Virus record (IMG/VR): IMGVR_UViG_2698536401_000005 | DNA: 7,154 nucleotides | Source of the DNA: a virus | Lineage: Duplodnaviria; Heunggongvirae; Uroviricota; Caudoviricetes | Direction: 5' to 3' (one strand) | Shown here: piece after piece, positions 1 to 5,950 of the stretch | Layout: each line of letters starts with the position of its first letter | Position numbering within the stretch: position 1 is the stretch's first letter | Translations under genes and position numbers: made by a program | Notes under the pieces: generated by a model | The model's database searches: none | Seen by the model: the letters and a program-made list of their open reading frames with translations, nothing else | Told to the model about the DNA's origin: nothing

Positions 1-132
1 TTCAGGGGGCCAGTCTAGTATGCACCGACAATTCTGACGTCGGTAAAACCAGAGCAATATCTGCATTAAGTAATTAACCAGAGTTTTTAACGCGCTTAAT
101 CGTGCGGGGCTTCTTTTTGCCCGGAGAAAGTC

Positions 133-357
133 ATGCATACAGTTTCTGAAAATCAGTGCGGTAAATACGCATTACTGCTGCAACAGGCCAGAACCGAAGC
201 ACAGGCCGACGCTGCGACGCGCTTTTCTTCTCATCTTGACGCCATGATTCGCCACATCACAAAGGCGGAGTTATCCCGCGTGGAGATAGTCGAGCTGCTC
301 AGTCAGGAGTCGGAAAAATTTCACAATATCGGATTGTCTCGCGGGGAGGTGCTTTGA
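133..357 (+). CDS. Small early-operon hypothetical protein (74 aa), at the position of the P2 orf80-83 cluster upstream of gene A
   Basis: ATG at 133 preceded by GGAG at 122-125; stop TGA at 355-357 overlaps the next gene's ATG (TGATG); GC content resembles the phage backbone. No motif recognised. Confidence 0.55.
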   Translation: MHTVSENQCGKYALLLQQARTEAQADAATRFSSHLDAMIRHITKAELSRVEIVELLSQESEKFHNIGLSRGEVL

Positions 358-659
358 TGTCCTGTTCTCGTTCAGTTGTATTACTGAATAACGCCTTAAA
401 AATCGCCGTTATGGAAAATGGCGATTTGTCTCTTATTCAACTTGGTCTTGATAAAGAAAAGCGCGACATAACTGAATCTGTTATCGCGATTTATCAGAAT
501 GAATTAAACCTCCTGTCTGATGTGGTCAATTTACTTGTTAAACGCGCTGTATTTCACAAGCAAATCTCCTCCGTGGATGAACTGACGAAATTAACGACAG
601 AAATTGCCAGCTATTGCGCTGATGAATTTAAAAAACTTAACGACAAAAGGAGCTGGTAA
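357..659 (+). CDS. Small early-operon hypothetical protein (~100 aa), noticeably AT-rich
   Basis: The ORF track starts this ORF at TTG 354; the first ATG is at 357, overlapping the upstream stop (TGATG), with GGGAGGTG at 341-348 as a Shine-Dalgarno. Stop TAA at 657-659 overlaps the next ATG (TAATG). GC is lower than in neighbouring genes. Confidence 0.5.
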   Translation: MSCSRSVVLLNNALKIAVMENGDLSLIQLGLDKEKRDITESVIAIYQNELNLLSDVVNLLVKRAVFHKQISSVDELTKLTTEIASYCADEFKKLNDKRSW

Positions 660-883
660 TGCCGGACAACGTAGATTTTATTCAGGAACAACAGGCTGAA
701 TTACTGGAGCGTCAGATTAACGCGGCAAGGGTAAAACATTGCGGTGCTTCTGCGCTGGTTTGCGAAGAGTGTGACGCGCCAATACCTGCTGCCCGTCGTG
801 CGGCTTATCCGTCAGCCACGCGTTGTGTTTCCTGTCAGTCAGTCTTTGAAGCAAAAAACAAACATTACCGGAGAACGGCATGA
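659..883 (+). CDS. TraR/DksA-family C4-type zinc-finger protein (74 aa)
   Basis: CxxC-x17-CxxC motif (C35, C38, C56, C59; nt 761-835) in a ~70-aa protein, which is the TraR/DksA zinc-finger architecture. Sits in the early operon immediately upstream of the replication gene, as in P2-like phages. Start and stop are both translationally coupled to neighbours. Confidence 0.75.
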   Translation: MPDNVDFIQEQQAELLERQINAARVKHCGASALVCEECDAPIPAARRAAYPSATRCVSCQSVFEAKNKHYRRTA

Positions 884-1155
884 GTATTCGTATCGAAATT
901 GGCGAACGTTATGTTGTTACCAGTGACAGCTTTCAGTTTATTCTCCACGAGAAAAAGAGAGCGGAAAGCGGTAAAAACGCCGGTCAGGAATGGCTGGCGG
1001 TGGTTGGTTATTACCCGAAATTAAGCCAGCTCGTTTCCGGCCTGATGCATCACGATATTCTGACCGGAAGCGCAAAATCTTTTGCCGATTTAAACGCGCA
1101 GGTTGAGCAACTCAGCAGGCGTTGTTCAGAGGCTTTTGGCTCATATGGACGTTAA
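880..1155 (+). CDS. Small early-operon hypothetical protein (91 aa) immediately upstream of gene A
   Basis: ATG at 880 overlaps the upstream stop (ATGA); stop TAA at 1153-1155 overlaps the start region of the long replication ORF. No motif recognised. Confidence 0.5.
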   Translation: MSIRIEIGERYVVTSDSFQFILHEKKRAESGKNAGQEWLAVVGYYPKLSQLVSGLMHHDILTGSAKSFADLNAQVEQLSRRCSEAFGSYGR

Positions 1156-3235
1156 AGCCTCCGGGCGTTTTGTCCCTCCGTCAGCATTTGCCGCAGGCAC
1201 CGGTAAGGCGTTTACCGGTGCTTATGCATGGAACGCGCCACGCGAGGCTGTCGGGCGCGAAAGACCTCTTACACGTGACGAGATGCGTCAGGTGCAAGGT
1301 GTTTTATCCACGATTAATCGCCTGCCTTATTTTTTGCGCTCGCTGTTTACTTCACGCTATGACTACATCCGGCGCAATAAAAGCCCGGTGCACGGGTTTT
1401 ATTTCCTCACATCCACTTTTCAGCGTCGTTTATGGCCGCGCATTGAGCGCGTGAATCAGCGCCATGAAATGAACACCGACGCGTCGTTGCTGTTTCTGGC
1501 AGAGCGCGACCAGTATGCGCGCCTGCCGGGGATGAATGACAAGGAGCTGAAAAAGTTTGCCGCCCGTATCTCATCACAGCTTTTCATGATGTATGAGGAA
1601 CTCTGCGATGCCTGGGTGGATGCGCATGGCGANNNNNNNNNNNNNNNNNNNNNNNNNNNNNNNNNNNNNNNNNNNNNNNNNNNNNNNNNNNNNNNNNNNN
1701 NNNNNNNNNNNNNNNNNNNNNNNNNNNNNNNNNNNNNNNNNNNNNNNNNNNNNNNNTTTCTTAAATCGTGTGACCTTGAAAACAGGGAAACCGGCGAACG
1801 CATCGACCTTATCAGTAAGGTGATGGGCAGTATTTCTAATCCTGAAATTCGCCGGATGGAGCTGATGAACACCATTGCCGGTATTGAGCGTTACGCCGCC
1901 GCAGAGGGTGATGTGGGGATGTTTATCACGCTGACCGCGCCGTCAAAGTATCACCCGACTCGTCAGGTCAGAAAAGGCGAAAGTAAAACCGTTCAGCTTA
2001 ATCACGGCTGGAACGATGAGGCATTTAATCCAAAGGATGCGCAGCGTTATCTCTGCCGCATCTGGAGCCTGATGCGCACGGCATTCAAGGATAATGATTT
2101 ACAGGTCTACGGTTTGCGTGTCGTCGAGCCACACCACGACGGAACGCCGCACTGGCATATGATGCTTTTTTGTAATCCACGCCAGCGTAACCAGATTATC
2201 GAAATCATGCGTCGCTATGCGCTCAAAGAGGATGGTGACGAAAGAGGAGCCGCGCGAAACCGTTTTCAGGCAAAACACCTTAACCGGGGCGGTGCTGCGG
2301 GATATATCGCAAAATACATCTCAAAAAATATCGACGGCTATGCACTGGATGGTCAGCTCGATAACGATACCGGCAGGCCGCTGAAAGACACTGCAGCGGC
2401 TGTTACCGCATGGGCGTCAACGTGGCGCATCCCGCAATTTAAAACGGTTGGTCTGCCGACAATGGGGGCTTACCGTGAACTACGCAAATTGCCTCGCGGC
2501 GTCAGCATTGCTGATGAGTTTGACGAGCGCGTCGAGGCTGCACGCGCCGCTGCAGACAGTGGTGATTTTGCGTTGTATATCAGCGCGCAGGGCGGGGCAA
2601 ATGTCCCGCGCGATTGTCAGACTGTCAGGGTCGCCCGTAGCCCGTCGGATGACGTTAACGAGTACGAGGAAGAAGTCGAGAGAGTGGTCGGCATTTACGC
2701 GCCGCATCTCGGCGCGCGTCATATTCATATCACCAGAACGACGGACTGGCGCATTGTGCCGAAAGTGCCGGTCGTTGAGCCTTTGACTTTAAAAAGCGGC
2801 ATCGCCGCGCCTCGGAGTCCTGTCAATAACTGTGGAAAGCTCACCGGCGGTAATACTTCGTTACCGGCTCCCACGCCTTCTGAACACGCCGCAGCCGTGC
2901 TTAATCTGGCTGATGACGGTGTTATCGAATGGAATGACCCGGATGTCGTGAGGGCGCTCAGGGGCGCATTAAAACACGGGCTGAGAACGCCAAATCGTCA
3001 ACAAAGAAACGGAAGCCCGTTAAAACCGCATGAAATTGCACCATCGGCCAGACTGAGCCGGTCTGAACGATTGCAAATCACCCGTATCCGCGTTGACCTT
3101 GCTCAGAACGGTATCAGGCCGCAGCGATGGGAGCTTGAGGCGCTGGCGCGTGGCGCGACCGTAAATTATGACGGGAAAAAATTCACGTATCCGGTCGCTG
3201 ATGAGTGGCCGGGATTCTGGCATCAATTTGAGTAA
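1145..3235 (+). CDS. A: Rolling-circle replication initiation endonuclease, P2 gpA family (HUH superfamily); interrupted by an N-run
   Basis: Long ORF with an H-W-H (HUH) metal-binding motif at nt 2150-2158 (GTPHWHMMLF) and a paired-tyrosine motif YIAKYISK (Y at 2303-2305 and 2315-2317), the Y-x3-Y arrangement of phiX174/P2 A-type initiators. First ATG is at 1145; the ORF track's start at 1103 is a TTG. Stop TAA at 3233-3235. The frame is preserved across the N-run. Confidence 0.88.
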   Translation: MDVKASGRFVPPSAFAAGTGKAFTGAYAWNAPREAVGRERPLTRDEMRQVQGVLSTINRLPYFLRSLFTSRYDYIRRNKSPVHGFYFLTSTFQRRLWPRIERVNQRHEMNTDASLLFLAERDQYARLPGMNDKELKKFAARISSQLFMMYEELCDAWVDAHGXXXXXXXXXXXXXXXXXXXXXXXXXXXXXXXXXXXXXXXXXXFLKSCDLENRETGERIDLISKVMGSISNPEIRRMELMNTIAGIERYAAAEGDVGMFITLTAPSKYHPTRQVRKGESKTVQLNHGWNDEAFNPKDAQRYLCRIWSLMRTAFKDNDLQVYGLRVVEPHHDGTPHWHMMLFCNPRQRNQIIEIMRRYALKEDGDERGAARNRFQAKHLNRGGAAGYIAKYISKNIDGYALDGQLDNDTGRPLKDTAAAVTAWASTWRIPQFKTVGLPTMGAYRELRKLPRGVSIADEFDERVEAARAAADSGDFALYISAQGGANVPRDCQTVRVARSPSDDVNEYEEEVERVVGIYAPHLGARHIHITRTTDWRIVPKVPVVEPLTLKSGIAAPRSPVNNCGKLTGGNTSLPAPTPSEHAAAVLNLADDGVIEWNDPDVVRALRGALKHGLRTPNRQQRNGSPLKPHEIAPSARLSRSERLQITRIRVDLAQNGIRPQRWELEALARGATVNYDGKKFTYPVADEWPGFWHQFE
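1633..1756. other. Run of 124 N (masked or unsequenced bases) inside gene A
   Basis: Literal n characters in the sequence. The A reading frame stays open and in register on both sides. Confidence 0.99.
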
Positions 3236-3325
3236 TGATCTCATCTATACAGTATTAAGCAGTTTTGACTGTAATTGATTGTTTTTTATATGGTTGCATG
3301 CATTAAATCTACGTCAATATCATTA

Positions 3326-3334
3326 TGTTATAAT
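3326..3334 (+). promoter_or_regulatory. Candidate extended -10 promoter element (TGtTATAAT) for the cargo genes
   Basis: TG at 3326-3327 and a perfect TATAAT at 3329-3334, in a very AT-rich intergenic stretch (3236-3362) about 30 nt upstream of the DUF2158-like gene's ATG. A TTGACT hexamer also lies at 3265-3270, possibly part of a second promoter. Sequence pattern only. Confidence 0.4.
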
Positions 3335-3362
3335 GCATTACTTAAAAATGTTGGAGACAAAA

Positions 3363-3554
3363 ATGTTAAAGCCTGCAGATGTTGTTTGTTTGAAAAGCGG
3401 TGGATTTAAAATGACTGTATCTGACTCTACTGAGACTCATGCTAAATGTATTTGGCATGATAAAGAAGGAGTTTTGCACGAGGAGTCATTCTCCATTGAT
3501 TTACTGGAAATAGCAGAGAGTAAAAGTGGTATGCTGTGTCGTCCACGTAAGTGA
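3363..3554 (+). CDS. Small protein (63 aa) resembling the DUF2158/YodC-like family
   Basis: GGAG at 3352-3355 sits 7 nt upstream of ATG 3363. The N-terminal pattern 'KPADVVCLKSGGFKMTV' resembles the conserved G-D-x-V-x-LKSGGP-x-MTV signature I recall for DUF2158 proteins. The ORF track's start at 3279 lacks an RBS and is probably too far upstream. Confidence 0.55.
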   Translation: MLKPADVVCLKSGGFKMTVSDSTETHAKCIWHDKEGVLHEESFSIDLLEIAESKSGMLCRPRK

Positions 3555-3581
3555 ATCACAATAAAATTCACGGGGGAAAGT

Positions 3582-4262
3582 ATGAAACAATACAGCGAAT
3601 TAGAAAACAATGTTAAGAGATTCATTGTTGAGCATGAAAAAGGGATTTCTATTGATGATATTCATCATAAGTTCCGGATGAAGGATGGTCAGAATCGCAA
3701 GATGGCAGATTATCTTATTGATAATAAAAAGATAATTTTGGAGATGAAAAGTCTTTTTTCTGACAGGGTCAAGAATGTCAATGATAAATTGAATGAGTTG
3801 GTTAAAACTGATAGTTGGCTTGCAAAAAACTGGCATGGTGCTATTCATTTAGAAGAGTTGATAAAAAGACACCCAGACTCAAAGCGATTTAGAAATGATA
3901 TAATGAACTTTGCTTATGAAAATATTAAAACAAAGGTAGTTAAAGAAGCTAATAAGCAAATAAATGCAACAAAGGATGTTTTGGGTTTAAATGACTCGAT
4001 TGGCGGATTGATTTTGTTAAATGATAATGTCTTTTCACATGAGTTTAATTATTTGTCAGATGAAATATTATATTTGCTAGGCACAAAGAGATATTCGAGT
4101 GTTGAGTTTGTGGTTTATATTGCAAAATTGATTGATAAACAGGTTGATGTTTGTGTGCTACTTGACAGTCAATCTAAAAATAAAAATTATATTGAATGGT
4201 ATATGAATAATGTTTTTTTGTTGAACTGGGCGTCTTTTAATAAATATGCAATAAAGATGTAG
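3582..4262 (+). CDS. Unrecognised 226-aa protein, AT-rich cargo gene (candidate defence-associated)
   Basis: ATG at 3582 with GGGGGAAAG just upstream; lies 27 nt after the DUF2158-like gene, so probably co-transcribed. Very low GC and Lys/Asn/Ile-rich composition unlike the phage backbone. No catalytic motif recognised. Confidence 0.6.
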   Translation: MKQYSELENNVKRFIVEHEKGISIDDIHHKFRMKDGQNRKMADYLIDNKKIILEMKSLFSDRVKNVNDKLNELVKTDSWLAKNWHGAIHLEELIKRHPDSKRFRNDIMNFAYENIKTKVVKEANKQINATKDVLGLNDSIGGLILLNDNVFSHEFNYLSDEILYLLGTKRYSSVEFVVYIAKLIDKQVDVCVLLDSQSKNKNYIEWYMNNVFLLNWASFNKYAIKM

Positions 4263-4511
4263 TGGTGTGGATGGATATGAAATGAGTCAACCAAGATGCA
4301 CCTTGGTCAGTAATCTCATGTGAGATACCACATATAACACCAAAAGTGTCAGGTTGATGGCCATTGTTCACCGTTTACAGCAGATTATGGTCAACGAAAA
4401 TCTGACGCCCGATGAGCTAGTCGGGTGTGCCGAAATAGTCAGGGATAATTACGAACAGCTTAACTATATCGGTCAGTCCAGCCTTGCGCCGCCACCACGC
4501 AGACGATAGAG

Positions 4512-4554
4512 AACCCCGCCAGCAATGAAACATGTTTTCAGTGCTGGCGGGGTT
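4512..4554. terminator. Near-perfect 43-bp palindromic hairpin between convergent genes (candidate bidirectional terminator)
   Basis: Arms aaccccgccagca (4512-4524) and tgctggcggggtt (4542-4554) are exact reverse complements (13 bp). The loop contains a second palindrome aaacatgttt (4528-4537). It lies ~30 nt past the stop of the minus-strand 313-aa gene and directly after the small plus-strand ORF ending at 4509. No clean U-tract on the + side; a pyrimidine-rich tract follows on the - side. Confidence 0.5.
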
Positions 4555-4582
4555 GAACAACGAACGAAGTGAGGCGTTAGCA

Positions 4583-5524
4583 TTAAGTTAATTTTAATGA
4601 ATGGTACTCTCGTGAGTTGACCGAAGATTTGAGATAACCGCAATCATTAACCGACAGTATTGCCGCTAATAGGCGACAAACGAGTTTCTGCATTTGCAGT
4701 AATATATCGTTACCATATTGATTGTTGTTAACACTGGAAAAACCAAGTGGTTGGCCAAAAAAAATAGCCTCATGAAAATTATCATTGCGGATGCCAGAAA
4801 TGTTTTTTTTGCCTGATACCCATGTGGGGATTGATAACCCATAAATTCTGCACATCCACTTTAATCGCTTGGAATGATTTGGCTGGGTTTTATCAGGAGC
4901 CTTGTCATGCTCAGCCCACGATAAAGCAAAGCAACCATCAAGTGCCATGTAAAGGTACTGGAATTTTTCAAAAGGAAGGTATTGTGGGTTTTGAGATAAG
5001 AATAGCGCATGCACCACTGCCGCAATTCTTTTGGGGGAGTGCGCATCCTTTTGTTTGTTAGTTATATAATTAAGAGCCAGTTCTATGACTTCTTTTTCAG
5101 AGCATCCAACGAGAATAAAATCGGTTAACTTAGTGGGCTTGATAGTGGTTGCATCAAGAAAACCAGCGTCAGTGGTTGTCAATCTTATACCCTTGAAAAA
5201 AGAGAGGCACCACACAACAAAGTTGAGAGTTTCTAACGAGGATGTGTTTTTTAATTTTAGTGTGTGCGTTTTGGGCATGCCGAATACTCGGTAACTATAA
5301 GGCATTGTGCATGAGTCACCATTAAGGTTATATACCTTTCGATTCCCAGGGTATATCCAACCATTAACAACGTTTTTATCATTGTTAATACGTTCCACTT
5401 TCTCAATAAGACCGGGTAAAGTACGCAAAGAAAATTGTTCAGTCTCAATGTTAACTTCTACTGGATAGTATCCAAACTCCGAAATAATCTCATTTGGTTG
5501 CTGTTCGTCAACTTCGCCTTGCAT
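4583..5524 (-). CDS. Unrecognised 313-aa protein with a C-terminal R-N-x3-H (HEPN-like) motif; candidate abortive-infection/defence effector
   Basis: ATG at 5524-5522 (minus strand) preceded by GGAGAAAG; stop at 4585-4583. AT-rich like the other cargo genes. Residues R246-N-D-N-F-H251 (nt 4772-4789) fit the HEPN RNase signature R-[N/Q/H]-x3-H within a predicted helical C-terminal half. The family call rests on this single motif plus context. Confidence 0.6.
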   Translation of the reverse strand: MQGEVDEQQPNEIISEFGYYPVEVNIETEQFSLRTLPGLIEKVERINNDKNVVNGWIYPGNRKVYNLNGDSCTMPYSYRVFGMPKTHTLKLKNTSSLETLNFVVWCLSFFKGIRLTTTDAGFLDATTIKPTKLTDFILVGCSEKEVIELALNYITNKQKDAHSPKRIAAVVHALFLSQNPQYLPFEKFQYLYMALDGCFALSWAEHDKAPDKTQPNHSKRLKWMCRIYGLSIPTWVSGKKNISGIRNDNFHEAIFFGQPLGFSSVNNNQYGNDILLQMQKLVCRLLAAILSVNDCGYLKSSVNSREYHSLKLT

Positions 5525-5762
5525 AACTTTCTCCGTTCAAAAACAGGCACGATAATTCTCGTAAGCCTATCATGTTCGCAAAGTATCCATACCTGTGGAT
5601 TTTGTAAATTTAAGTTGGTTTGTCATTAAATAAGCCGTTGCATGCAACAAGTGAATGTTTTTGCATGCGTCGGGGATGTCCGTTCAGGCTGCGTGCGGTC
5701 AGGACTGGTGCGGATCCATAGTATCTATGCAACTGCATTAAAACCGCCCCATGAAGCGGGCG

Positions 5763-5781
5763 GGCGAGGCGGGGAAAGCAC
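5763..5781 (+). other. cos site: 19-nt cohesive-end sequence of P2-type phages (GGCGAGGCGGGGAAAGCAC)
   Basis: Exact 19/19 match to the P2 cohesive-end sequence as I recall it. It sits in a GC-rich non-coding stretch between the cargo island and the end of portal gene Q, which is where cos lies in P2. Confidence 0.7.
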
Positions 5782-5923
5782 TGCGCGCTGGCGGTGGTGC
5801 TGATTTTATTTTTTCAGCGTCTGAGCGCGTCGTGAAGGCGTTTACTTGGCCTGCTGGGGCGTTGGTGTGTCTGCGGGATTTTTTGTGCGGTGATGAGCGT
5901 GTGAGGGCGTGATGACGGGGTGT

Positions 5924-5945
5924 AAAAAAGCCGCCCGCAGGCGGC
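5924..5945 (-). terminator. Candidate intrinsic terminator downstream of portal gene Q
   Basis: On the minus strand: GC stem gccgcc/ggcggc (5930-5935 and 5940-5945) with loop cgca, followed by a 6-U tract (plus-strand A-run 5924-5929), beginning 6 nt after the Q stop codon. Confidence 0.5.
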
Positions 5946-5950
5946 GATGT

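Noticed and set aside
1-132. Possible 3' end of an upstream gene (candidate P2 B-like gene); a frame-3 read-through ends at TAA 75-77
   Set aside because: All three + frames hit stops within the first 80 nt and there is too little sequence to choose a frame or recognise a product, so it is not reported as a feature.
744-926. 60-aa + strand ORF overlapping the TraR-like and following genes in another frame
   Set aside because: Fully nested in an alternative frame of better-supported, translationally coupled genes, with no RBS; most likely spurious.
1122-1454. 110-aa + strand ORF in an alternative frame at the 5' end of gene A
   Set aside because: Cys/Arg-rich out-of-frame translation of the gpA coding region; spurious.
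1456-1875. 139-aa minus-strand ORF (and a 76-aa plus-strand ORF at 1593-1823) spanning the N-run
   Set aside because: Antisense or alternative-frame reads within gene A, kept open artificially by the Ns (translated as X); not real genes.
2448-2786. 112-aa plus-strand and 82-aa minus-strand ORFs inside gene A
   Set aside because: Alternative-frame and antisense ORFs within a GC-balanced long gene; no independent signals.
3020-3244. 74-aa minus-strand ORF overlapping the 3' end of gene A
   Set aside because: Antisense to the well-supported gpA ORF; no RBS or promoter context.
3437-3848. Minus-strand ORFs of 62 aa and 82 aa antisense to the DUF2158-like and 226-aa genes
   Set aside because: AT-rich DNA generates open antisense frames by chance; the sense-strand genes have RBS and operon context while these do not.
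4822-5448. Several 60-80 aa ORFs on both strands nested within the 313-aa minus-strand gene
   Set aside because: All lie inside the longer, RBS-supported 313-aa ORF in other frames or antisense; treated as spurious.
5435-5629. 64-aa + strand ORF spanning the start region of the 313-aa gene
   Set aside because: Overlaps the upstream and start region of the minus-strand gene; no RBS; hydrophobic low-complexity translation of AT-rich DNA.
5740-5762. Short GC hairpin (ccgccc / gggcgg) immediately left of the cos 19-mer
   Set aside because: Stem of only ~6 bp in GC-rich DNA and its right arm runs into the cos sequence itself; probably part of the terminase recognition context, not a separate feature.
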